Assembly: GCA_040954595.2 (NCBI GenBank)
Contig: CM082587.2
Location: forward strand, 8,049,705-8,113,704
Direction: 5' to 3'
DNA length: 64,000 nt
Source: Balanoglossus misakiensis
Lineage: Eukaryota; Animalia; Hemichordata
The notes under the pieces were generated by a model. That model saw nothing but the letters and a program-made list of their open reading frames with translations, searched no databases and was not told the origin of the DNA. Each line of letters opens with the position of its first letter. Position 1 is the stretch's first letter. The translations under genes were made by a program, and so were the position numbers. Positions 26,501-40,500 of this stretch are shown here, in pieces.

Positions 26501-29500
26501 ATGTATATTTAGAAGTTATAAACAGCTAACCGCAGTCGCAGACAGGATTAGACTCTCGTTTTAAGTACACACAGAAATGTCACAGCCACTGTCAGACACG
26601 TTATGTCCATTTTATTTACAGGGGAGGTAGTAGTCTGTCAAGTGCATATTTTGGACAAGGATCGGGCCAAATATGGCTAGATGATATTGGATGTAGCGGG
26701 AGTGAGAGCAGCCTAAGTGACTGTACACATCCTGAATGGGGAACTCACAACTGCCAGCATAGTGAAGATGTCGGAGTTTCATGTGAAGGTATTTAGAGTT
26801 TGTTTACCGGTATAATAGTTTTGAAGTAATATCATCTTGTGTATCAGGCGATAATGCAATGTGGTAACTTTATAGCTTATTCTTATTTACTTTTTACAAA
26901 ATGCTAATGAACCATAAATAGTATTTTATAACGTCTTCTTCTCTTAAATTATTTTTATTTACAGTAGGCAGTCCGTCAACAGGTAAGACAATTCTTCATA
27001 TATGTTTTATCCAAATTGATTGTGTGGCATTTCCATGTTTTATGTTCTGAACGAAACAGTGTCCGCAAAAAAGTTGCGAATTTTTTGTAAATTTACGTTA
27101 ATTAATGTAATATTTTCATCAAAAATACGAGCCTATTTAAAAACAAGAACATTTCCATGATCTTATTATATAAGTTAAATTGATTATGATTACTTTCGGT
27201 CTTTGAAGTTTTGCTTGGTTGGTGTACTGTGTTATTTAGATTCAATTCAGTTTTCAATTGGCTTTTTAAAATCAGCTGAAGAAGGCGACATTCGCTTGGT
27301 GGGAGGTTCTTCCGAGACAGAAGGCCGCGTCGAAATCTATCATCAATATCAGTGGGGTACAGTTTGTGATGACGCCTTTGAAAACATTGATGCAGTCGTG
27401 GTGTGTCGTCAACTTGGCTACACGTAAGCTTATTTTGTATTTGAATAGCACAGAAATTGGCATTTGAGAAGTAGTTTATTTTCTTAGTTCTTACGCCTTG
27501 TTTTCTTTCCTGAATGAATTGAATACCTTTGGTGAAAACTTGTTAATAATACACAAACAAATATGAAAATATACTGACACTAGTAAGACAATACTAACCA
27601 CATGAAATTGGTCAATTTGAATCAAACTTGTTACAATATAACTTTTATCATTGAAGACGAAGTCCTAACAAAATCATTCAGTCCGTGTGTTTCCAACACT
27701 ACAGGGAGATACTGGCAAAAATATCGAAATAACTTTAAAATATGATACATCTCATTGTTTGCCATGGGTTATAAAAATAAACAAACATATTGCTCAATAT
27801 GTGTATTGTATAGCAGTTAAAATGTGTGTATACATATGTAGGCTTGCCATAGCAACTGTGTCATACAAGAAGCACAGTCGCAGACGAGATGACACTCACC
27901 TTTTAATCAAACACAGAAATGTCACAGCCACTGTCAGACACTTTAAGTTCATTTTACAGGGGAGGTAGTAGTCTGTCAAGTGCATCTTTCGGACAAGGAA
28001 CGGGCCAAATATGGCTAGATGATATTGGATGTAGCGGGAGTGAGAGCAGCCTAAGTGACTGTACACATCCTGAATGGGGAACTCACAACTGTCAGCATAG
28101 TGTAGATGTCGGAGTTTCATGTGAAGGTATTTAGTTTTTGTTGATAATAGTTTTGAAGTAATATCTTGTGCAACAGGCGATAATGCAATGTGGTAACTTT
28201 ATAGCTTATTCTTATTTACTTTTTACAAAATGCTAATGAACCATAACGAGTATTTTATAACGTCTTCTCCTCTTAAATTATTTTTATTTACAGTAGGCAG
28301 TCCATCATCAGGTAAGATATCCAAATTGATTGTGTGGCATTTCAATGTGTCATGGTCTGAACGAAACAGCGTCAGCAACGAAGTTGCGAATTGTTCAAAT
28401 GAATGTGATATTTTCATCAAAAATTCAAGCCTATTTTAAAAAAAAGCTTTTTCCAGATCGTATTATATAAGTTAAATTAATCATTAATCCTTTTGGTCAT
28501 CGAAGTTTTTTTTTGGTGGTGTACTGTTGTTTAGTTACAATTCAGTTTTCAATTGGCTTTTTAAAATCAGCTGAAGAAGGCGACATTCGTTTGGTGGGAG
28601 GTTCGTCCGAGACAGAAGGCCGCGTCGAAATCTATCATCAATATCAGTGGGGTACAGTTTGCGATGACTTCTTTGAAGACATTGATGCAGTTGTGGTGTG
28701 TCGTCAACTTGGCTACACGTAAGCTTATTTTTTATTTGAATAGCACACAAATTGACATTTGAGAAGAAGTATATTTTCTTAGTTCTTACACCTTGTTTTC
28801 TTTCCTGAATGAATACCTTTGGTGAAAACTTGTTAATAACACACAAACAATTATGAAAATATACTGACACTAGTGAAACAATACTAACCACATGAAATTG
28901 GTCAATTTGAATTAATTTTGTTACAATATAACTTTTATCATTGAAGACATAAGTCCTAACGCAATAATTCAGTTGGCATGTTTCCAACACAGGGAGATAC
29001 TGGCAAACAATATCAAAATAACTTGAAAATAGGATACATCTCATTGTTTGCCATGGTTAATAAAAATATACAAACGTATTGCTCAATATGTGTATTGTAT
29101 AGCAGTTAAAATGTGTGTATACATATACACATGTAGGCTTGCCATAGCAACTGTGTCATACAAGAAGCACAGTCGCAGACGGGATGAGACTCGCCTTTTA
29201 AGTACACACAGAAATGTCACAGCCACTGTCAGACACGTTATGTTCATTTTATTTACAGGGGAGGTAGTAGTCTGTCAAGTGCATCTTTTGGACAAGGAAC
29301 GGGCCAAATATGGCTAGATGTTATTGGATGTAGCGGTAGTGAGAGCAGCCTAAGTGACTGTACACATCCTGAATGGGGAACTCACAACTGCCAGCATAGT
29401 GAAGATGTCGGAGTTTCATGTGAAGGTATTTAGTTTTTGTTAACAATAGTTTTGAAGTAATATTTTGTGCAACAGGCGATAATGCAATGAGGTAACTTTA

Positions 29501-32500
29501 CAGCGTATTCTTATTTACTTTTTACAAAATGCTAATGAACCATAACGAGTATTTTATAACGTCTTCTTCTCTTAAATTTTGATTTACATTAGGCAGTAAT
29601 ATCTTGTGCAACAGGCGATAATGCAATGAGGTAACTTTACAGCGTATTCTTATTTACTTTTTACAAAATGCTAATGAACCATAACGAGTATTTTATGACG
29701 TCTTCTTCTCTTAAATTATTTTTATTTACAGTAGGCAGTCCATCAACAGGTAAGATATCCAAATTGATTGTGTGGCATTTCAATGTGTCATGGTCTGAAC
29801 GAAACAGCGTCAGCAACGAAGTTGCGAATTGTTCAAATGAATGTGATATTTTCATCAAAAATTCAAGCCTATTTAAAAAAAAGCTTTTTCCAGATCTTAT
29901 TATATAAGTTAAATTAATCATTAATCCTTTTGGTCATCGAAGTTTTTTTCGGTGGTGTACTGTTGTTTAGTTACAATTCAGTTTTCAATTGGCTTTTTAA
30001 AATCAGCTGAAGAAGGCGACATTCGTTTGGTGGGAGGTTCGTCCGAGACAGAAGGCCGCGTCGAAATCTATCATCAAAATGAGTGGGGTACAGTTTGTGA
30101 TGACTACTTTGAAGACATTGATGCAGTTGTGGTGTGTCGTCAACTTGGCTACACGTAAGCTTATTTTTTATTTGAATAGCACAGAAATTGACATCATCTG
30201 AATATAACGAGAACATTTGAGAACTAGTTTTTTTTCTTAGTTCTTACGCCTTGTTTCTGTCTTTTTATTACTACTTTCCTAAACGAATACCTTTGGTGAA
30301 AACTTGTTAATAATAGACAGACAATTATGATAATATACAGACACTAGCGAGACACTACTAACCCCATGACATTTGTTAACTTCGATTAAACTCTTTACAA
30401 TATAACTTTTGTCTTTGATAACATATGCACTAACAAAATTATTCGGTTTGCATGTTTCCAACTGTACAGGGAGACACTCTCAAACTATATCCAAATTACA
30501 TGAAAATATGATACATCTCATTGTTTGCCATGGTATGCATTTTAATATATATAAACAAACACATTGGTCAATGATGTATATTGTATAGGAGTTGAAATTT
30601 GTGCATACCTAGGCTTTCTGTAACAACTGTGTCATACAGGAACCATAGTATCAGACGGGATAAGACTCGCCTTCTAAGTACACACAGAAATGTCACAGCC
30701 ACTGTCAGACACGTTATGTTCATTTTATTTACAGGGGAGGTAGTAGTCTGTCAAGTGCATATTTTGGACAAGGATCGGGCCAAATATGGCTAGATGATAT
30801 TGGATGTAGCGGGAGTGAGAGCAGCCTAAGTGACTGTACACATCCTGAATGGGGAACTCACAACTGCCAGCATAGTGAAGATGTCGGAGTTTCATGTGAA
30901 GGTATTTAATTTTTGTTAACAATATTTTTGAAATGATATCATCTTGTGTAATAGGCGATACTGCAATGTGATAACCGTAAGGCGTATTCGTATTTACTTT
31001 TTACGAAATTCTAATGCACCATGATGAGTATTTTCTAACGCAATCTTCTCTTAAATTTTGATTTACATTAGGCAGTCCGTCGACAGGTAATATATCTTCA
31101 TATATGTTCTATCCAAATTGACTGTGTGGCATTTTCTAAAGGAAACAAGCCAGAAAAAAAGCTGGAATTTTTGGAAATTCATGTCGATGAATGTAATATT
31201 TCCATCAAAAATACGAGCCTATTTAAAAAACAACCGCATTTCCATGATCTTATTACATAAGTTAAATTGATCATGATTACTTTCAGTCAACGAAGTTTTG
31301 CTTGGTTGGTGTACTGTATCATTTGTTTTCAACTAAGCTGTGTTTTTATAATCAGCTGAAGAAGGCGACATTCGCTTGGTAGGCGGTTCGTTCGAGACAG
31401 AAGGCCGCGTCGAAATCTATCATCAAAATGAGTGGGGTACAGTTTGTGATGACTACTTTGAAGACATTGATGCAGTCGTGGTGTGTCGTCAACTTGGCTA
31501 CACGTAAGCTTATTTTGTATTTGAATAGCACAGAAATTGACATCTTCTTAATATAACGAGAACATAAGAGAAGTAGTTTATTTTCTATATTCTTGCCCCT
31601 TGTTTTCAGTCTTTTTATTAAAAATGTTCCCAGATGAATACCTTTGGTGAAACCTGTTAATAATACACAGACAATCATGAAAATATACGTGCACTAGCGG
31701 AGACAATGTTAACGTGACATTTGTCAACTTTGATTAAACTCGGTAGAATATAACTTTGTCTTCGATGACGTATGATTCAGATGGCGTATTTCCATCTGTA
31801 CAGTGAGACCCTGCCAAACGATATCGAATTAACTTGAAAAGATGATACATCATATTTGCTAAGGTGTGAATTGTAATGTAACAAACGTTATGATCAATGA
31901 TGTATATTTAGAAGTTATAAACAGCTAACCGCAGTTGCAGACGAGATGACACTCACGTTTTAAGTACACACACAAAGGTCATAGCCACTGTCAGACACGT
32001 TCCGTTAATTTTTCAGGGGAGGCAGTTTTCGGTCAAGTGCATATTTCGGACAAGGATCGGGCCAAATATGGCTAGATGATATTGGCTGTATAGGATGTGA
32101 GAGCAGCCTAAGTGACTGTACACATCCTGAATGGGGAACTCACAACTGCCAGCATAGTGAAGATGTCGGAGTTTCATGTGAAGGTATATACTTTCTGTTT
32201 TAATAGTTTTGAAATGATATATTGTTGGTAATAATTCTGTGTGCTGACTTTATAACTTATTCTTATTTACTTTTTAACAAAATGCTAATAAAAGGTATTG
32301 TTTTTAAATTCTGTTGATTTATAGGAGGCAGCCCGTAAACAGGTGAGATTAATCTTATTAATAAGCTAAGTATAGTAAACATTTAATTTGAATTTACAAT
32401 ATTATTTATGCCCAAAGACAGCATTTCTAGCCAGTTTTAGCAATCAAAGTTTAACTTAAAATAAATATCCAACTTGAGCATATTGCCAGCGTAAGTTAAT

Positions 32501-32933
32501 AAAAGTTCACAAATAGACGATTTTCTGTTAATTGTGAGATCTCGCGAGATTTGCTAAATTACCGCAGAACTGGTTGTTTTCAAAGAAATACTAATTGAAA
32601 TTAAGTGCAGAGTGTAACAGAAATATTAAACTATGTATACTATATCACATGATGAACCATGCGATTTGATTAATTTTCCTGTGTGAAATAACAATGTCCT
32701 CCCTTTTAAACTGCCTTGCATATGAGGTCTCACAAGATCTCGTGAAGATCAAAAAATACTCTACAGGAAAGTAACTTCTGTAGGCGCGTGCGTCACAATT
32801 CAAATTACTTATCTCACCAATGTTTATATACTAGGACACCCAATGTAATGTTTTCTTTTGGCAGATACAGATATTCAAGTTAAATGTAAACTTGATTTGC
32901 GTTTCAGGCTACAATGCTGTACCGGGAACCTAG
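20578..32933 (+). CDS. Secreted multi-SRCR (DMBT1-like) protein with six tandem SRCR domains
   Basis: Signal exon 20578-20674 [18 protein letters not shown]...G|GTAAG (phase 1; linkage to the array inferred); six copies of exon A (IRLVGG...GRVEIYH..WGTVCDD, from 24971, ~25956, ~27275, ~28571, ~30007, ~31356), exon B (IWLDDIGC...[13 protein letters not shown]) and a linker micro-exon; stop at 32336-32338 or 32931-32933; AATAAA at ~32938 and ~33136. Confidence 0.88.
21664..24322. mobile_element. Non-autonomous IS3EU-like TIR element carrying host-gene sequence
   Basis: 6-bp TSD GTTAAT (21658-21663, 24323-24328); ~90-bp TIRs TACGGTGGCC.ATACC.ACACTGCTCTGCTA with CTGCTCTGCTA subrepeats; TAY termini and 6-bp TSD match IS3EU. 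Confidence 0.85.
23216..23474 (-). pseudogene. Captured exon encoding a PI3K p85 regulatory subunit-like SH3 domain plus proline-rich tail
   Basis: YRVCHTF...[12 protein letters not shown]...GWLIGK...[12 protein letters not shown]...[11 protein letters not shown] resembles p85 GWLNG...GDFPGTYVEYIG...PPTPKPRPPRPLPV; AG at 23482-23481 and GTAAG at 23215-23211. Confidence 0.75.
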
Positions 32934-33508
32934 CTTGAATAAAGGACACCCGTCACAGCTGCAGTTATAATGGAATTCAATGAAGTGGAGTCGCATAACT
33001 TGTGCCTTCTATCTACTTCTGCTATGTATCTTTCTGAACATCCATTTATCGGTTACAGTGTTGATTTAGTGTAAAAGTATTGAATGTTTCTTTCGCACTG
33101 TGCAATCATTCTTTTATGCTGACTCTAAAAAGGGAATAAACAGATAATTATGCATCAAGTTCGTTTGTGCAGTCTATATTTAACAATGCATTAATTATGA
33201 TTGAAGAATGAGTGGTAATGTAAATGTCCTTTTAAAAGTCGTTGAACATGCGCGTTACCATACTGTCCTAAAATGATGATTTAAAAAAAAATGCATGATC
33301 TCATAAATTCTTTCAGGACACGGATGCAAATTCAGTTCATAACTGGTTTCTGTGTGTTTTGCATTTTCTGTATAAATGAATTAAGGAGTGAAAGAATGAA
33401 TATGTACATGAGTAAGTAAGAAAGTAAATATACAAATAAATAAATAAAATGATTGTCTCCAAAGTGAATGTGAATGTCACCACAAGCTTCTTTTAGTTCC
33501 AGTATACA

Positions 33509-33842
<334 letters not shown>

Positions 33843-34589
33843 CTATTGTTATTGTTAAAGAAAGTATTATAATGTGATTTATAAGGCTCGTTCATGTCCG
33901 AGAAACGTCGTATGATATCAGATTGTCTGATGTCCCCTCTTCGTTGAGTCTATTTAAAGTGTGACTGTGGGCTGCATCAGATGACTCATAGTTGAATAGT
34001 AGTGTGATGCGGCTCAACGAAAGGGTAATATCAGGCGATAACATATTTATGAATGCCCATGCCCACCTCTATAAAGGAAATCCCCGAAAAATCCTCCTTA
34101 AATTACTTAGTAGGCCCAAATGAACACAGAACGGAAGTTGATAGTATAGAAATCGTACTTTTTATTCAGAATTTAGGAGTGATACAATTTATTTCATGCA
34201 TTTTGTATATCCTTTGAATTCGTATTGTAAACCAGATTTGTAACAATTTCGTTTACCTTTTATATAGGCCATATATGTTAATACAAACATTATAATGTGT
34301 GTTTTCTGTATTTTTAATTGCACTCCACTGGCGTATCTAGTCCTGAGTAAGCATATTGATTATTGGCATATTGGTTACTTTTTAGGGCAAAACATATTGT
34401 TGTCAGATTTATTGTTTAGGTGGCCATATATATACCTAAGAAACAACTGGTTTGCAATTTATCTTCAATTTGATGAGATGAACAAAAGTCTGCTGCCTTT
34501 AGGATAACACCATCCCCTTTCTGGACAACAGCGTTTATTACTCATGAAGAGAGCCAACATATTATTCAACACATTAGCGCTGGCAACTT

Positions 34590-37500
34590 TCAGTTAACAG
34601 GTTCATTTTCTTGTACGTCGTCGTAGGCACCACTCATGTTAACATACATCTAAGTAGATGAAAATAAAAAATTAAGAATATATTATTTCATGCATACTGC
34701 TGATTGGGGTAATAATACAGCTACGTCGTTGGGTATTAGTCTTCTTTCATAAAAAATAACTGTCATGAATCAAAATACGACAGCTGCTTTTGTTTATCTA
34801 GTTTGAGATGGGGTGCAGCGGTTTCGTAAGGTTGGTTATAATTGGTCAGTTCGTTGATCAAGTCTCAACCAATAGCCAACAGGCGCATCAATGTTTTGTT
34901 TTCATGTGAGGATAGGCGGCCTTCGAAGACGCTGCCAATTGCCCTCACCAGTTACGCGACACTGTCTGAACTAACCATGTGGTAATCAAAGATTTGGCGG
35001 ATGTCCTTGTCTTCTGCTTTTGATGTGAATGTTACAAATTGAACACAGAATACCCAAAGATACCTGTTTCGAAAATAAGCACATTTACTACATCTACGGT
35101 TGAAAATGACGAAAAAATCAGCATCACCTCCTCCTTTTCAAATTCTTTGAGGTCACCGATAAGTTGACTGAAGGATGGTCGTCTGCTTGACATCTCCGAC
35201 CAACAGTTCACCATTAAGACGTATCTAATAATGGAGAGACGGCCATTTAGGTGTAAAATGAGACAAGCAAATTGGATAGCTAGTTTTCTGTATTTCGTTT
35301 TTGGCATTTACGTGCATGTCTTAGAGTCTGTTCATTTGCCCCTTGTATCATTCTGTAACACACAATCGCCGGCCCCTCGACTTAATTGACTGATATGTGC
35401 GTGCCTGATTTGCACACTATGTAATATTAGATTCCCCCAGGTCTGCCAAATTGGTGTCTGCATATTCTTGTCTATTCCTATTCACCCGACTCTCGCTGCA
35501 TGTTAGTTTACTCACAAATCGCTATTGCAGTGCCTAGGTTTGCTCATTCGACCACCCTGCCGAACGCTTTCGATAACTTCATTCGATGACATACCAGGAT
35601 ATGGTGTGTTGCCTAGACAAAGAACAGAAGTTATTGACAGAGCGATGATGGCGTCCCATAAATGGATAACGGAATATTTCATAAAATGGTTAATTAACGG
35701 GAATTCTATACCAAGAAAAACCCTATTCCAAGTCCCACAATGCAATGCGCGCCGGTATAGGCTAGTATTAGCTGGACACCCTGCCTGAAGTTCACATATC
35801 CATCATCGGTATATTACACATTTGTAGTAGTATTTGGCATCTTCGTCTAAAGTAATGTAATTTATAAACTGGAATCTTTATTTTACTATGTTATCACTCG
35901 ATATACAGTTTTAGAAACACCCTTGAGTAACCGGGAAGGCGTCTATAAATGTAGGTGATGCAAATCCAGGCTATTAACCAGGATATTGTTGTAGTCCCTC
36001 ACCTAAAGTGACGATCTCCCACACAACCACACCAAATGACCAGACATCACTCTTTGTAGAATACTCAGCTGACAACAACGTTTCCGGTGCCATCCAACGT
36101 ACCAGGAGATCGTTCTTGGGAACAATTAGAACAAACCGCAAGTTCATTACCATTACAAATCAACATTAGTGTGCGACGTCCACGGTTGTAAACTCTCGAT
36201 CATGCTATATAAAGCAAACAGTTCCAAACTTCTGATGAGGATGTTAATCAAATCGTCTTAATTATACTATGCCTTGTTAATACCTGATTGTTCTCCAGAT
36301 CTTCTCCCAATGTTCTGTGACGTCGACCGAAGTTTGTAACTTTACAAGTCCTGTTTGCATCCAGTAACACGTTTCTTGCAGCCAAATCGCCATGAACACA
36401 CTGATGAAAGAAGCAAACATGCAGTTATGTAATAATTATTTGTCGATTCAATTCTGGCTTTTACTTCGTGCTAGGGGGTCAAATTACATTATAATTACTG
36501 CATTCTGGGTAAAAGGTCGACAAAGCACTGTAGTAAGAGTTTGAAGAAATATATTAATTGTATTTCATGACTTCCTTTGGTCATTGTCTTTGTAGTAAGC
36601 ATATTAAACTCGTTCATTTCTTTCGCATTTGGCTACTTTTTATGTTGCTAAGTTTCAGAAAGACCCAGTATCACCTATAAACATTCATTTCAAAAGATGA
36701 CAATAATCAGCCATCTTGAAATTAATTTGACCCCTTATGAGATTTCATCACTCACCTAGGTAGCAAAACATATTTAAGGTAGCGAGAATAGTATCTGTGG
36801 ACACCTTCCCATTTTTTTGCACAATTCTACTGCATCCACAAATACTCAGCACTATGTTCCAGGCAAAACGAGGGTGGTACCCCTTGTTAATAAAAGCACA
36901 CAGGTCTTGCCTGCTTAATAATTCATGATTTTAAATTGATGTATTTTCGTACCTCCTTTGATGACAAGTATTCCATTCCACTGGCAATGTGCCTGGCAAA
37001 GGTCATGACGTCATCGCTAGTCATGGCAACTGCTTTCATGGCGGGCTCGCCATTACTATATGTTTTTGATTCACGGGCAACGTTTTTCAGGTACTTCTGC
37101 AAATTACCGAGTGACATGAAGTCCATCAAAATGTATTGCGGCTCTGAAATTACAGAATGCAATTAATGTGTATGTATCTGGAAAAAAAACTGATGAGACG
37201 CACCACAATTTAAAATAACTATACACGTCCTACTTTGAAAGATCTCATCTTTGGACGATGTTATCTTCATTTTGACAGCTTACGAAAAACACAGGGATAT
37301 AAACTACAGCGACTGATAATACACGCCAAGCATGGGAGTACAAAAATGCTTAATTTGAAAAACAGCATGCAATAAAACTACCTGTCTGACTGCAACATCC
37401 TCTAATACACACAATGTGTTCATGTTGGCCAATACGTTTAAGTAAATCCAGTTCAGCCGCAAGTTTTCTTCTGTCGTCTTCGGAAGCGTTCTCTGTATTC

Positions 37501-40500
37501 GAAAAACATAGAACATGCAAAGCCTGTTGTGAGGTATATGATCCCAACCATGCATTCCTCCCAGAAATGTCAACTTATATATGCTGTTTAGTTCCACATT
37601 TCCAGAATATTAGGCCTTATAAACGATGTATGCAATATGTAAGTAATTCGTGTATACCGGTAGACATACCCAGCTAATTTAATTCCAACCACATGGCTGT
37701 ATGGGTGTAGGCGTAAGTGCCTTACCTTTCGCCATCTTCAGTGCCAATACAGTCACACCATCTTTACCCGCGAAGTCACGTGCCTCAGCTTTGAAGACTG
37801 CGCCGAATGAGCCTTCGCCGATAAGACCCCCCTTACTGACGTACTCTCGCGGACGTACTTTCGAGTGTCTACACCTTTTAAACAGTACAACAACAACGAT
37901 GGCGATGCAGGCGACGATCAAAGCGCTGATGGTAGAAACAGCAATTGTGGAAACATAGGATGATGTCGACTTCACTGTCATGGAAAATAATCCAAAAAAT
38001 GTGTCCATCAGGTATTTAAATATTATATTCCGTAACATTGTGAACATTTCTTAAAGCACCGTTTGGCGATTATTAGCCTAAAATGTATTCCATTGATCAA
38101 AAGGTACAACCGCAGGCAAATTGGCACTTTGCATTCATCGAATTAAACGGCGTCGCACCATTCCATCTTTCATTCTCCCTGTTTCCAACATTGGAGTATT
38201 GGCAACATCCCCATTAATGTGATAGTGACGAAAGTCACCGATTCGACATTCTTAATTGCAACAAAAACTTGTTTTGCAACATGCAACAACTGTACAACCA
38301 CAACAACCATCACCAAGTAAAGTGCACACGCCCTCCCTCCTGCACATCAAATCTTCGAATGTTAAACAATGAATACCACTGCAATCAAAATCTTGCAAAA
38401 TGACTTACACTTGACCGTGACCTCGACTGAGGGACTGCCAGTCTCCTGTTCACTTCCGTCGTAAAACTGGGTCACTGACCTACAACTATAATCACCGTCC
38501 ATCCACAACTCAGCGTTTTCGATTGTGAAGACATGTGACGTTGCATCTGCGACCTTTACTACGAATGTGCCGCTGGTGTTGGTCTGACACACGCTAAGCT
38601 GGTAAGGATCTGGATTTCCATCACGGGCCGTACACTCTATCACCAAGTCAGAACCTTCGACCACTTGCTCTCGTTGTACCAGGATTGAAACGTCTGATGC
38701 ATCTGTACACGGATAGAGAGAACCGACGGCAATCAAAATCCTTATGGTAATCAACTGTGCCTAAAATCCGTCTGCCTGTCTGTCTTTGTTTGTTTATGTA
38801 TATACGTCTGTACGTGTCTGTCTGTCTGCCTGCCTGCGTGCCTGCCTGTCTGTCTGTCTGTATGTACGTGTACGCACGCACGTACGTATGTATGTATTTA
38901 TGTATGTATCTATGTAGCTATGTATATCTATGTAGCCATGTATATCTATGCATCTATGTATGTATTAGACCGCTGGGTGGTATGTAGGTTTTTTTTCAAA
39001 TACTGTGGCTAGGCTGTACTTACATTCCACAATCAATTCAAGACTCTTCTCGGCCACCATAGTGGAATTATCATACAGACGGTTAGTCGCCACGCACATA
39101 AAGGAGCCGGCATCTGTTTTGGCGGCGTTTCCAATGGTGTAACTCGCTCCATCGTAAATTTCCTGCCCGTCCCTAAACCATTCCACGTCGGAAGCCGTTG
39201 GATTGGCATCTACCAGACATTCTAGGGTGACTAGCTCACCTTCTTTGGCGCGTACTTCATCACTGGCAAACATGATTTCTGGACCGTCTGTAATGTAGAC
39301 AGATACAACTTTGGCCTTAAAAACCCTTTACGGTTGTTTATACCATTTTCAGGAATGGGAAGCCAAGAAAACGTATAATATCGAAATCGTATATTAATTC
39401 CTTGTGACAAGCAAGACTAGTGTAGTTATAAGATATCCAGTAGTGCCGAGATTGTAATTGTTGAAATAGTAAAGAGAACATTACATTCACACAAGTAATA
39501 TAATTTATTAAATTAAACGAAAAATGTGACTTACACTGTACATTAATTACAATTTCTTTTTTACAGGTCAATATCGATGACTGTTCGTCTGTGAGGGACG
39601 GGTGTTCTAATCTGCAATCAAACCGGGCACCATTCTCGGTCTTGTCGAGGGTTGTGGTGAGGTCGTTCATCATTCCGGTCACTCTCTTCTCCTCAACGCC
39701 GTTCTTATACCAAACCAAATCGCCAAATGATGACAACATACACACAAGGGTGATCTCTTCGTCTTCAATCGTCGTGTAGCCAGGTTGTACGCTGCACTCT
39801 GGCCCATTTACTACGTGGGCAAATTCAACAGATGGTTCGTAAATTTAGAAATAGTGATTGTGGTGTGTGGTGTTACTGGTATGTGTTTGCATTATTTACC
39901 CTTTTCTCCGGTTTGCTTGAAATATGACTATTATATGTGAAAGTTAGCACCAATATACGTTCAATGCGGGCGATCAATAAGCATTACGTGAGGTCTTGCT
40001 GCAGGAAGTGAAGGAACATATAATTCACTTCATCACTCATGAAAATAACGTTTGCACAGGTTGCCAGACAATGCATGTTACTGTTGTTGTATTATACTAC
40101 CCTAAATTATTTTCAAACGTTACTTTTTACTAATAATTAATCTCCGTGCTTAAAATTGTACATATACCACTTACTTTTCATAAATTCCACGACGAAAATG
40201 TGCCGTCAAAATGTCGTATACTTACCAATTACAGAAAGGTTGGCTTTGGCGAATATTGATGAATCGAAGAACTCCTGACATGCGTAGATGTCCGACAGCT
40301 CGGGTGTCGCCCTCAATACCTTCAAGTGAAACTCGTACTGGGTGTCGTCCCCGACAATTTCGTAGACGTCGCTGTCGTCCACCGTTCGATCCAGGGATAT
40401 CCTGGTGCTTCCTTTCATCCACACAACCGCCGGGGGCGCACTCACGAAAGAACAGTTGAGCTGGACCGTATCGTTGGTGAGGGCAATGGTATCGCTTGGT

